Assembly: GCA_018304545.1 (NCBI GenBank)
Contig: JAGVVZ010000004.1
Span: 9,944-73,943 of the forward strand
Direction of reading: 5' to 3'
Length of the DNA stretch: 64,000 nucleotides
Source: Candidatus Aenigmatarchaeota archaeon
GTDB lineage: Archaea; Aenigmatarchaeota; Aenigmatarchaeia; CG10238-14
Positions 47,819-56,929 of the stretch are shown piece after piece. The notes beneath the pieces were generated by a model that did not search any database, was not told the origin of the DNA, and saw only the letters and a list, made by a program, of their open reading frames with translations. The number at the start of each line of letters is the position of its first letter. The first letter of the stretch is position 1. The translations under genes were made by a program, and so were the position numbers.

Positions 47819-48169
47819 ATGGATACAGAATACAAGCAAGTAATTGTGCTGAGAACGGATATAGAAATGAGCGATGGAAAAAAGTGTGCGCAATCCTGCC
47901 ATGCTAGCTTGGGATCATATAAAACTGCAAAAAAGATTATAGCCAAGAAATGGGAAACAGAAGGCTGCAAAAAAATAGTGTTGACGATTTCTTCAGAAAA
48001 AAAGTTATTGACATTATATGAAAAGGCAAAAGAGCTAAAGCTGCCATGTTATTTAGTTAGAGATGGCGGTCACACAGAAGTTCCTGCTGGCACTCTGACG
48101 GCACTGGGCATAGGTCCGGAAAAAAATGAAATAATAGATCAAATAACAGGCAGATTACAGTTATTATAA
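47819..48169 (+). CDS. pth2: peptidyl-tRNA hydrolase Pth2
   Basis: YKQVIVLR.D, GK..AQ..HA, KIVL, D.GHTEV, GIGP. Confidence 0.95.
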   Translation: MDTEYKQVIVLRTDIEMSDGKKCAQSCHASLGSYKTAKKIIAKKWETEGCKKIVLTISSEKKLLTLYEKAKELKLPCYLVRDGGHTEVPAGTLTALGIGPEKNEIIDQITGRLQLL

Positions 48170-48193
48170 TTAATAAGAAACACAACAATTGTT

Positions 48194-48718
48194 ATGAAAA
48201 AAATCACATTATATATTGCAATAAGTCTCGACGGTTTTATAGCAAGAAAAGATGGTAGAATTGACTGGTTGTCTCCTTTTGAAAACAGCGAAGAAGATTA
48301 TGGATATAAAGAATTTTACAAAAACGTAGACACAGTAATAATGGGAAATAAAACATACAAACAAACTTTGTCCTTTTCTGAATTTCCGTTCAAAGACAAA
48401 AAATGCTATGTATTTACTAGAGACAAGAAAAAAACAAAGGATGAAAATGCGATTTTTGTAAATAAGAAAACAAAGAATTTTATAAAAAAACTAGATAAAG
48501 AAGATAAAAACATGTGGCTTGTTGGCGGCGCATCAATAGTAAAAGAATTTTTAAAACTGGATTTGATAGATGAATTCATAATAAGCGTGATACCTATTTT
48601 GCTCGGTGATGGCATACGTCTTTTTAATGGAAAGTTAAATGAAAAAATATTGAGATTAATAGATATCAAATCATTTGATTCTGGGTTAGCACAGATATAT
48701 TATAAAAGAATTAGATAG
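48194..48718 (+). CDS. dihydrofolate reductase/RibD C-terminal family protein
   Basis: YIAISLDGFIA, MGNKTY, WLVGG, PILLGDG. Confidence 0.9.
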   Translation: MKKITLYIAISLDGFIARKDGRIDWLSPFENSEEDYGYKEFYKNVDTVIMGNKTYKQTLSFSEFPFKDKKCYVFTRDKKKTKDENAIFVNKKTKNFIKKLDKEDKNMWLVGGASIVKEFLKLDLIDEFIISVIPILLGDGIRLFNGKLNEKILRLIDIKSFDSGLAQIYYKRIR

Positions 48719-48734
48719 GGCGATTATATTTTGC

Positions 48735-49310
48735 TTAGGTAACTAGTTCATACTTCCGCATTGCTGTCAATATTGTCTTGATCACAGCGAGGTCAAAATC
48801 CCTGTAATTCTTTGCATATATCCAGATCCTGTTTCCACCGACTCTGACATAAGTTTCGTTTGCCAAACCTGGGGGAACAAATATTATCTTTAATACTTCA
48901 TCCTCTCTTGTTACATTTTCAAAAGAAGTTATCTGCTCAGCATCAAAATTCTTCACAATGATTATGGGTCTTCTGGTGTTATACATCTGTGTTAACTTGT
49001 TCGTCAGCTCAAATATCTCTACTTTGTAATATCCGTTAGTTTTAGCATCAAGGGGTGCATAATAATAAGTTATATTCGTCATCCGATAATTCCAGAATGC
49101 CTTATTCAATTGGCTTTCATCAGGAACTATTTTTATTTTCTCTGCGTCTCTTACATTGTCTCTGAATGTGAATATAGATCTGTGGTGTTTTACTTGTGTT
49201 ATAGGTTTATTTTTGATCGTCAAATACAAAAATCCAGATAACAAAGCTATAATTATTACAGTGATAAGAATTGGTTTTATAAATTTTTTTGGTTTTAAAA
49301 CAACTTTCAT
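48735..49310 (-). CDS. membrane-anchored hypothetical protein
   Basis: N-terminal TM, 191 aa. Confidence 0.65.
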   Translation of the reverse strand: MKVVLKPKKFIKPILITVIIIALLSGFLYLTIKNKPITQVKHHRSIFTFRDNVRDAEKIKIVPDESQLNKAFWNYRMTNITYYYAPLDAKTNGYYKVEIFELTNKLTQMYNTRRPIIIVKNFDAEQITSFENVTREDEVLKIIFVPPGLANETYVRVGGNRIWIYAKNYRDFDLAVIKTILTAMRKYELVT

Positions 49311-49341
49311 AAACGCTCACAATTCTCTTAGAATTTTATAT

Positions 49342-49386
49342 AAAAATAAAAGAAAAAAGAAGGCCTAAAGTCCGTAAGACTTCAGC
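49342..49386 (-). terminator. hairpin plus U-tract terminator of the S-layer gene
   Basis: CTGAAGTC-TTACG-GACTTTAG stem-loop then TTCTTTTTTCTTTTATTTTT on the minus strand. Confidence 0.7.
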
Positions 49387-49390
49387 TTCC

Positions 49391-51649
49391 CTAAGCACCG
49401 GAAACTACAGGAGATGTAGCACTTCCAGTAACTTTGACTGCTGTTTGTCCGTCCAATTTACTTACGAATGAAGCAAATTGTTGTAAGACGGATGCTGCGG
49501 CTCTTGTATTTTCAGCGGACCATCCTTGAACTGTTACAACATCTTGTCCGGTTGCAAAACCATTTGCATGGTAAGATACGTAACCTTCTCCCTCAGCGTA
49601 TGGCAATCCACCTTGTCCACCGTAGTGCGGGAAAGTTAATCCCATGACTTGAGCTGTTAATCTGTTAACAGCCGGTCCACCTACTAAGACTAGGTCTTTA
49701 CCAACTGATGCTGGGGCAGGTACTTCTGTATCTAATTTGGCAACTGCACTTGTAACAGGAACGACTTGTTTAACTTTGCCGCCTGTTCCAGATGTTGCTG
49801 TTGTTCCAGGACCGTATGCTACTACTGTAACCTCGAAATCTGTACCGAAATCTGCTGGTAGTTTCAATTTGTATGTATCACTTGGGGAGTTTGAATCTGG
49901 ATCGAGTAAAACGACACCGTCACCGGTTCTTACATCTTCTTCGTAACCAGATACGTCTCTCTCTGCACCTGCTGTATCACCGTATAATAGATCACTTGCT
50001 TGTGTTGAATCGCTATCAGAGTGGCCTACATATGTAAATCCACTTGATGTAGCAGAACTCTCTTCAAAGTAGAATAAAACATCGTCACCTGTATCAGATT
50101 CCAATGTTAAATTCATCTTCAATTGAGATGTACCTGCTAGGTTTGTTGTTGTTACTGTTAATGTTGGTTGTGCATCTTGGTAGTTTAATTTAAGAGCACC
50201 TGAACTTGTTACGTTGTTCAAAGCTTTCTTAAATTTGTTTCCGTTCTCGTGGTCTTTGTAGTAAACATTTACACCAGAACCACCGGAACCACTGTTGTTG
50301 ACTTGTATTGCTACTTGGTCAGATTCGTATGTAGTAGATCCTACTGTCAATTTGAAGCCATCTTTTGTTCCACCCATAGATTTTAACAATACTACGGATG
50401 CAGATGAACTCAAAGTAACGCTTCCACCTTCATCAAACAATTCTTCTGTAGAGTCTTTAAACTCGTATGTTTGATAGTCTGTCGTGGATACTTTGTCTAG
50501 GCAAACTTTTGCGAAATCGTTGGGGAAGTGGTAGCATGGATCTGATCCACCTAACATTGGAGCACCATCTTCAGGATCATCTTTATTTTGATCCCAAAGT
50601 ATACCCAATCTTGGTGAAGCGCCGTTTAAACTGGCTAAATCCCATACCCAATCTGGATCGTCTTCGTCTTGGCCGATGTATTCATCACCATCTGAATAGG
50701 TTTTTGTTGCATCTACACCTACTATTAAAACAGCTTGTCTCTCTGAGAATGTATCAGAGTAGAAAGTGTCTTTGTTTTTAACTTCGACACCATTAACTGT
50801 TTTAGATGAGTCTGCACCTATTGTGGCTGTAACACCGTCAACACTGACCAATACAGATCCACCAGAACCTACGTTTTCTAATTTCACTGCCTTTGAACCA
50901 ACTGTGACAGAGTCACCTGCGTTCAAAGATACTTCATCTCCTACTTGTGCAGTAAGAGATGTTGCTGTTGCTGCTGTTATTTCTAATGTTTTACCTAAGA
51001 AGTCCAGTGTTATTGGATCATCTTCTGTTGCGTTAGCTAAATAGTTACCTGCTACTAGTGTGTCATCGAATACATAGTAATATCCCATGGAACCAGATTT
51101 AGAAGCCAAGACAACACTGTCTTTCCAATCTTCATCTACACTTGCTACTGCACCGGTTAATGCTGTGTCCACTGCCAGTAAAGCAGTTACAGGACTACCT
51201 GCATTATTACCAAGTCTAACTTCATCGTGAACGTCGTAGTCATTATCTACGCTTCCGATATCGATTGTTACTTGTGCATCTTGAAGACCTGCTAAATCAT
51301 CGTCCTCTAGAGTGTTCCCAAAATTATCGGTGTCATTTAATCTGTCACCTAAATCCAAATCTTGAGATTCACCGCCGGATACAGATGTTCCACCAGAAGT
51401 TGAAACTTCTGTGTAGGATTCACCAGCGAGTCTTACTGCTATGTCGATAGCTCCTGCAACATCAGAAGCTAAACCAGCAGCATCTGCGCCAGCTGCACCT
51501 GTACCAACGACTACATATGCATCTAGATTACCTTTTTCAAATAGGAAACTTGGATAGTCTCCTAGATCTACTGCCATCGCTATTGGTCCTAAAAGAGCCA
51601 TCACAGTCAAAAATGCTGCAATGACTTTTTGTTTCATAATTTTTTTCAC
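49391..51649 (-). CDS. S-layer protein
   Basis: Signal peptide, DL.DYP..VVVG N-domain, LVLVGGPAVN C-domain; acidic, Ser/Thr/Gly-rich. Confidence 0.9.
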   Translation of the reverse strand: MKKIMKQKVIAAFLTVMALLGPIAMAVDLGDYPSFLFEKGNLDAYVVVGTGAAGADAAGLASDVAGAIDIAVRLAGESYTEVSTSGGTSVSGGESQDLDLGDRLNDTDNFGNTLEDDDLAGLQDAQVTIDIGSVDNDYDVHDEVRLGNNAGSPVTALLAVDTALTGAVASVDEDWKDSVVLASKSGSMGYYYVFDDTLVAGNYLANATEDDPITLDFLGKTLEITAATATSLTAQVGDEVSLNAGDSVTVGSKAVKLENVGSGGSVLVSVDGVTATIGADSSKTVNGVEVKNKDTFYSDTFSERQAVLIVGVDATKTYSDGDEYIGQDEDDPDWVWDLASLNGASPRLGILWDQNKDDPEDGAPMLGGSDPCYHFPNDFAKVCLDKVSTTDYQTYEFKDSTEELFDEGGSVTLSSSASVVLLKSMGGTKDGFKLTVGSTTYESDQVAIQVNNSGSGGSGVNVYYKDHENGNKFKKALNNVTSSGALKLNYQDAQPTLTVTTTNLAGTSQLKMNLTLESDTGDDVLFYFEESSATSSGFTYVGHSDSDSTQASDLLYGDTAGAERDVSGYEEDVRTGDGVVLLDPDSNSPSDTYKLKLPADFGTDFEVTVVAYGPGTTATSGTGGKVKQVVPVTSAVAKLDTEVPAPASVGKDLVLVGGPAVNRLTAQVMGLTFPHYGGQGGLPYAEGEGYVSYHANGFATGQDVVTVQGWSAENTRAAASVLQQFASFVSKLDGQTAVKVTGSATSPVVSGA

Positions 51650-51739
51650 CTAATATATATTGTGTCCGTATTGCTACAGACTTAATAGGCTCTACTGCCT
51701 ATTTTCTTAAATTACTATGATTTGACTACGTATATATAT

Positions 51740-51758
51740 GTTTCATGAAACTGTTTCA
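51740..51758. promoter_or_regulatory. overlapping palindromes GTTTCATGAAAC / TGAAACTGTTTCA upstream of the S-layer gene
   Basis: Adjacent to TATATATA run; near-identical element at 52771-52789. Confidence 0.55.
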
Positions 51759-51887
51759 CAGCGAAATAAACACATATAAAAACATAGTTTTTTTTGATAA
51801 ACAAAACATAATAAGTTAGATAATTGTTCCAATAAGATTTAACAGCCTTATTTTTTAAAACAGAACGTTTAAAATTTATATAGAAAG

Positions 51888-52784
51888 TTATCCTTCTACA
51901 AATTTCTTTTTTAGAATAATTTTATTTTTTCTACCAGTTCTTTCGCTTTCAATCAATCCTCTTTCTTCAAGACTTCTAATAACCCTACTTACCTTTGCTT
52001 TTGAGAAACCAGAATTGCCAACGATTAATCTTTGATCTACTTTCTGATCGCCTTGTGATCTTATGATATCAACCACCATTCTTTCACTTTCATTCAATAC
52101 GGACAACACAACAGGCTTGCCTTTACTTACCTTCCAATAAACAAGTGCAACTAAAAATACGATTGATATTAATATAACTATGATAAGAGGCGAATAAACT
52201 TTTTGTATTATAGTTCCTCCGCTTAATGATTCGAAATAAACTCTTACCGGTATAATATTCTCTGGTTCCATATCCCTAAAATTCCATTTCAGAATGATTT
52301 TTCGCCCATCGCTAACTATGTTTACATCTGAAGGTGAAACTGGCAGAACAACATCACTCGATATTGCCATGCCTTCTGGTAATTGCAGGACTACTACTAC
52401 ATTATCCGTCAACCATAGAACAGGGATATCGAAAAATACTTTGCTGACATTCCTTTCTTTAACTATGAAATCTCTTGTTGTGAACTGAATTTTAATTTCT
52501 GTTTCTCCGACTAAGAATGGTGATGAAGGTTTGCACAACAAATACTGCTGTATGTCTTTTTTTACAATACATGATCCGTTGTCTACATTAAGATTATTGA
52601 GAGCGTACTGAAATGGGAATCTTATTTCTCTGATTTCTTCAGCATCATATTTAAAATATAAGTTTACCTGTGCTTCATTTTGATTTTTCATATTTATGTT
52701 TACATCCATGTTTCTCATTGGAGAATAGGATAAAACAATAGGCAAGCTAAACAATAGAAATACCAAAATTATGAAACGTTTCAT
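51888..52784 (-). CDS. single-pass membrane protein with extracellular domain and cytoplasmic wHTH
   Basis: Signal peptide, TM, LNESE..DQ..SKAKVSR..LEERGLI..ERTGRKN. Confidence 0.88.
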   Translation of the reverse strand: MKRFIILVFLLFSLPIVLSYSPMRNMDVNINMKNQNEAQVNLYFKYDAEEIREIRFPFQYALNNLNVDNGSCIVKKDIQQYLLCKPSSPFLVGETEIKIQFTTRDFIVKERNVSKVFFDIPVLWLTDNVVVVLQLPEGMAISSDVVLPVSPSDVNIVSDGRKIILKWNFRDMEPENIIPVRVYFESLSGGTIIQKVYSPLIIVILISIVFLVALVYWKVSKGKPVVLSVLNESERMVVDIIRSQGDQKVDQRLIVGNSGFSKAKVSRVIRSLEERGLIESERTGRKNKIILKKKFVEG

Positions 52785-52789
52785 GAAAG
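52771..52789. promoter_or_regulatory. palindrome ATGAAACGTTTCAT / TTTCATGAAA over the regulator's own start codon
   Basis: Perfect 14-bp inverted repeat. Confidence 0.5.
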
Positions 52790-52816
52790 TTAGTTATATT
52801 CTGGTTTTAAAAAGCT

Positions 52817-53800
52817 TTACTCTAACACTAAATTTAGCTTAAACCCACAACCTGGACATCTGTCTTTCTCGAGACTGATTTTTGATACTAAACCATGATC
52901 TCTTACAATCATCGGTTGCATGCAGTTGTAGCAGAACGTGGTTTCGTATTCAGGTTCAACTTCTCCATGAATATAAGGGAATCTCAAGCCAACTCTTTGG
53001 GCTTCATTCGCAAAATGTTCTAGTGTTTTTGCAGGCACAGGCACACTTCTCAATTTATCGTTAGGTTTGAAATCCATCAAATGAAAAGGAACACTGGAAT
53101 CCAAGTTGTTAACTACCCAATCTGTTAGACGACGATAAGCATCTTCATTATCACCATAATGAGGAATAATTGTATTCGTGATCTCAATAAATACCCTGTG
53201 TTTTTTAAAATTTTTTAAAGCATGAAAAATGGGAGATGAATCAGGTGCGTCAAGATATTTCTTGTAAAGTTCATTATCTCCGGAACCAACAAATTTCACA
53301 TTAACTGCATCTAGATATTTTCCTATCTTTTTTATTCCTTCGGATGTTATATAACCGTTTGTTGATAGAACAGTTTTAATGTTATATCTTTTTGCAACCC
53401 TGGCCAGTTTGTATGCAAACTCAAAAAACATTGTTGGCTCATTTCCAGAAAGAGCAATTATTCTGATTTTCTTTTTGTTAACCATCTTCACAACATCTTC
53501 AGGTGTGGCAGGATCCCCTTTGATTTTATCCGTTCTTCCTTCATCCCAGTCAAAATTGTTTCCGTTAGATTTAATAAATAAAGCTTGCGCCCCAGGAAAG
53601 AAATGATACAACGGCATCTTCTCTATATTATTGATCTTTGTTCCGATTACTTTTCCATAACTTTTCGACTTTAATGATCCCTTTTCGTTTACTCTGACCT
53701 TGCATACTCCACTCTCTCCCTCAGCAATTAAACAATTATAAGCACAAAGAAAACATCTTATCTTCTTTCCTTCTCTAGACCATAACAAAGCTTCTTCCAT
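52817..53800 (-). CDS. AmmeMemoRadiSam/PflX-like radical-SAM homolog lacking CxxxCxxC
   Basis: CFLCAYNC..G.C.VR.N, IEK.PLYHFFPG, NEPT, EITN..IP, C-terminal Zn ribbon; GNNFDWDEG replaces GCNFxCxxC. Confidence 0.85.
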   Translation of the reverse strand: MEEALLWSREGKKIRCFLCAYNCLIAEGESGVCKVRVNEKGSLKSKSYGKVIGTKINNIEKMPLYHFFPGAQALFIKSNGNNFDWDEGRTDKIKGDPATPEDVVKMVNKKKIRIIALSGNEPTMFFEFAYKLARVAKRYNIKTVLSTNGYITSEGIKKIGKYLDAVNVKFVGSGDNELYKKYLDAPDSSPIFHALKNFKKHRVFIEITNTIIPHYGDNEDAYRRLTDWVVNNLDSSVPFHLMDFKPNDKLRSVPVPAKTLEHFANEAQRVGLRFPYIHGEVEPEYETTFCYNCMQPMIVRDHGLVSKISLEKDRCPGCGFKLNLVLE

Positions 53801-53868
53801 GTAGTTATTCATATTGTATTCCAGAGTATTAAACTTAAGTTTACATAAAAAAGAAAATTTTTTATTAT

Positions 53869-53952
53869 GCCTCGATAGCTCAGTTGGTAGAGCACCTGTC
53901 TCGTAAGTTGCAAGAAAACAGGAGGTCACGAGTTCGATCCTCGTTCGAGGCT
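53869..53952 (+). tRNA. tRNA-Thr(CGT) with 11-nt intron
   Basis: GCCTCGA/TCGAGGC, CCTGT-CT-CGT-A[AGTTGCAAGAA]A-ACAGG, canonical D and T arms. Confidence 0.93.
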
Positions 53953-54010
53953 CATATTAACTTTAAAGTGATAACTTTATATATAATAATTCTTTATAGG
54001 AATAGATTAA

Positions 54011-54241
54011 GTGAGGATAATGGTAAAATATAATGACCCAAATCAAACTGTGATTGTACATCCGACATGTACTGGTGCTGCTGCTTATGGTAGTGGAGAT
54101 GGAAGCGAAGTTGCCATAATACCAGAATCCGCATATCAACAAGTATTTGGATATCAACCTAGAGATGATATTGAAAGAATAATAATGTCTGAAGCTATTT
54201 TAGCAAAAGCTGCCGCTGAAGAAGCTATATCAAAAAGATAG
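54011..54241 (+). CDS. orphan hypothetical protein
   Basis: 76-aa ORF with TATA box. Confidence 0.5.
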   Translation: MRIMVKYNDPNQTVIVHPTCTGAAAYGSGDGSEVAIIPESAYQQVFGYQPRDDIERIIMSEAILAKAAAEEAISKR

Positions 54242-54280
54242 ACAAGAATAATTATTTAAATCTAAACTTTGTTCTAAAAA

Positions 54281-54574
54281 TTGATGGTAACATATATTGC
54301 TGATGATATCAAAAAAATAGAACCAGATTATATGCCTCTTATTGAAAGAGGAGATATAATAACAGGTTTAAGTGTAACTGGTTACATGCCATTTAGCAGT
54401 TTCACAGGACTGCCTTGTTATAGAATGAAAGCGCAAGATGGCCGAGATATAACTATAGTACTTGGTGGTTCCAATAGAGATTTGAAAATAGGAAACGGTC
54501 CTTATTCTATCACTGTTCAAAGATCAGTACACAGTCTTATAGCTGGACTTGTAATAGAAATTTCAAAAAACTGA
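54281..54574 (+). CDS. orphan hypothetical protein
   Basis: 97 aa; LIERGD and PYSI shared with next ORF. Confidence 0.55.
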   Translation: MMVTYIADDIKKIEPDYMPLIERGDIITGLSVTGYMPFSSFTGLPCYRMKAQDGRDITIVLGGSNRDLKIGNGPYSITVQRSVHSLIAGLVIEISKN

Positions 54575-54664
54575 TGAATCACAATTTTCTGATATTCGGT
54601 TATTTAATCTCTGTTCTTGTGTGCTAGATAAAAGCTTTTATTTTAATTAGAAATATGGAGACAA

Positions 54665-54955
54665 ATGGAAGAGTTATACGCAACCGTATATGGATACGTA
54701 AGATGTCATATGATTGTATACCTAGTAGAATTTGACTTGCGTCTAGAAGATGGTCTATACTTGTTAAGGGATCATAGATTGATAGAACGTGGAGACTTGG
54801 AACATATAAGATTAGTAGGTATAGAAAGAGATGTCATCACTTCGATGAAACCGTATTCGATTGAAATCACCGGCGCTATTGAAAGAGGAACAAGAGAAAT
54901 GATACCTGTCAAAGAAATATCTGCTGTTTTAGTAGAATATATACCAACAAGCTGA
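54665..54955 (+). CDS. orphan hypothetical protein
   Basis: 96 aa; GGAG RBS. Confidence 0.55.
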   Translation: MEELYATVYGYVRCHMIVYLVEFDLRLEDGLYLLRDHRLIERGDLEHIRLVGIERDVITSMKPYSIEITGAIERGTREMIPVKEISAVLVEYIPTS

Positions 54956-55033
54956 TTCTAGTATTGTTAGATGATTTTGTTGATATCATTCTTTTTTAAA
55001 TATTATCGCATCCTATTTAGATAAAGTGATAAT

Positions 55034-55330
55034 GTGGATTTTTTATTAAAGTTTGAACGAAGTAAATTAGAAGAAATAAAAAGAATCCTATTAGCAGATG
55101 ATATGGTTTCAAGAGGAAGTCTGATATTTAAGGACTCTATTGGCTTAGGGTTCAAAGAAGATGTTTATTATTGCTACATTTCTGCAACTGAAGAGATTTG
55201 CAAAAAAGCAAAAGAATTAGTTGGAAAAATTACAAAATTTGTTGAAGGTAAAGAAAAACAAGAAGTGATTGAAAAAATCAAGAAAGAAGAGGAAACGGCA
55301 GCAGAAGGATTCGGTGCTATATTCGGATAA
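55034..55330 (+). CDS. hypothetical protein
   Basis: 98 aa ending AAEGFGAIFG, abutting tRNA-Gly. Confidence 0.7.
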   Translation: MDFLLKFERSKLEEIKRILLADDMVSRGSLIFKDSIGLGFKEDVYYCYISATEEICKKAKELVGKITKFVEGKEKQEVIEKIKKEEETAAEGFGAIFG

Positions 55331-55402
55331 GCGTCGGTGATCTAGTGGCTATGATTGGGCCTTGCCAAGGCTCCCACCCGGGTTCGAATCCCGGCCGACG
55401 CA
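55331..55402 (+). tRNA. tRNA-Gly(GCC)
   Basis: GCGTCGG/CCGACGC, GGGCC-TTGCCAA-GGCTC, GGTTCGAATCC. Confidence 0.95.
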
Positions 55403-55452
55403 TCTGTTTAGTTCTGTAAAGGTTTAAATAATTATTCCCCGTACAATCTCAG

Positions 55453-55821
55453 ATGACAACTTACATTTTAATGACTAGTGATAATATTGGACCTTATCTT
55501 CATAGAGCTTTACAAGTTGGTGCAGACACAATTATAGATAAAGGTGATGCTACAGAAGGACTGAAACCATATAGAAGTGAACTTGGAACAATCATGATCG
55601 TGGATGACACCCAGTTAACTATTAGCGCAGTGTCTCAAGTTTTAAGAGGACTCGACTGTGGATCAATATATACATATACTGATCCTAACTCTGCTTTGCA
55701 AGCTTATAGATCAGGAGAAGTGAGACCGACTCTAGTCCTATCTGATCTAAATATGCCGGGTATGAACGGCTTTGAATTAGTAAAAGAAATGAAAAAAATC
55801 GATGATCGATCTACAGAATGA
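55453..55821 (+). CDS. circularly permuted response-regulator receiver domain
   Basis: ILMTS..ALQVGADTIIDK (b4-a4-b5) precedes IMIVDD...LVLSDLNMPGMNGFEL (b1-a3). Confidence 0.85.
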   Translation: MTTYILMTSDNIGPYLHRALQVGADTIIDKGDATEGLKPYRSELGTIMIVDDTQLTISAVSQVLRGLDCGSIYTYTDPNSALQAYRSGEVRPTLVLSDLNMPGMNGFELVKEMKKIDDRSTE

Positions 55822-55897
55822 TTCATCCTTTCTAATTGATGATGTGATTTTTCTATTTTAAAGTAAACTTTAATTAAAAGAATGTCTATATTGAATA

Positions 55898-56407
55898 TTG
55901 AATAACATGGTATTTTTCAGGAAAAAAACGAGTTTAGAAGAAAAACCATCACAACCTCAGAAAGTTGAAGAAATACCTAAACCAGTAACAGAAACAAAAA
56001 CTAAAGCAGAAGAAACTATGCCTCAGCATAAAGAGGAACCTGTGAAGGAAGAAGAATATCAGCAAGAAGAAAAAAGAGAAGGCATACCACTTTTCGTCAA
56101 ACTCGACAAATACCAAACCGTTCTTTCTCTTGTAAATGAATTAAAAGCAACTGTTTTTATGATGAAAAATGCTTTGGCAGTTCAGAAAAAGTTGGAAGAG
56201 TTGACGCATGAAAATATTACTATAATAGCCGATGCATTAGGCAAATTAGAAGAAAGAGTTGTTGCTATGGATGCTGAATTCACTAAACCTCCCGGATATG
56301 AAGAAGAGTATGTGGAAATGGGAGAGGATCAAAATATTGAATATGCTATTTCTGATCTGAAACAGAAATTAAGTGATTTGAAATCCGATATTAAGCAGAT
56401 GATTTGA
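55898..56407 (+). CDS. acidic coiled-coil hypothetical protein
   Basis: Glu/Pro-rich N-terminus, PLFVKLDKY, coiled coils. Confidence 0.75.
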   Translation: MNNMVFFRKKTSLEEKPSQPQKVEEIPKPVTETKTKAEETMPQHKEEPVKEEEYQQEEKREGIPLFVKLDKYQTVLSLVNELKATVFMMKNALAVQKKLEELTHENITIIADALGKLEERVVAMDAEFTKPPGYEEEYVEMGEDQNIEYAISDLKQKLSDLKSDIKQMI

Positions 56408-56732
56408 TTCTCAATCCACACATAGGACAATAGTTGGAACCTTTTTGCAACTTTCTGCCGCAATCACTGCAATAGCTCATCCTCTCTCTTATCCCTCTCT
56501 GAACTTTTCTTTCCACGATGTGAGCCGCTCCACTTGCAAATCCACCGATTCCGATAATTTTTATGGACAGGAAGAAAATTATCAATCCTATGAATATCAA
56601 TGGTACACCTAGAATCGCTCCTATAATGGTAGAAGTCAACCCTATACCCAATATGATTAATGCTAATCCAATACAAGCGATAAATATTCCAAGCATAGCA
56701 AAAATGTAAAAGATTATTTTACCTATAGACAT
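56391..56732 (-). CDS. membrane protein with C-terminal zinc ribbon
   Basis: Two TMs, YCSDCG...YCPMCG. Confidence 0.75.
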   Translation of the reverse strand: MSIGKIIFYIFAMLGIFIACIGLALIILGIGLTSTIIGAILGVPLIFIGLIIFFLSIKIIGIGGFASGAAHIVERKVQRGIRERMSYCSDCGRKLQKGSNYCPMCGLRIKSSA

Positions 56733-56789
56733 AATATTTATTCCAGTAGTTGCATTTAAAAACTCTCCTTGATTATTATTTTAAGTTAT

Positions 56790-56909
56790 GCAGGAGTTGC
56801 CAAGCCTGGTCAACGGCACAAGACTCAAGGTTCATTGAGTATTGATAAAATATGATATAAGAAATCTTGTCCCTTAGTGGGTTCGCAGGTTCGAATCCTG
56901 CCTCCTGCA
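56790..56909 (+). tRNA. tRNA-Leu(CAA) with 34-nt intron (56830-56863)
   Basis: GCAGGAG/CTCCTGC, CAAGA-CT-CAA-G..A-TCTTG, long variable arm, GGTTCGAATCC. Confidence 0.93.
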
Positions 56910-56929
56910 ATTTTAGTCATAAGATATGT

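Noticed and set aside
49391-51649. Higher-GC, biased-codon segment as foreign DNA
   Set aside because: Explained by amino-acid composition and likely high expression of the S-layer gene
53801-53929. N-terminal extension of the radical-SAM ORF
   Set aside because: Antisense to tRNA-Thr; family homology starts at MEEALLW
56830-56863. Nested second intron in tRNA-Leu (internal TGAG could pair with CTCA)
   Set aside because: A single 34-nt intron already restores a canonical tRNA, and no second complete BHB is evident
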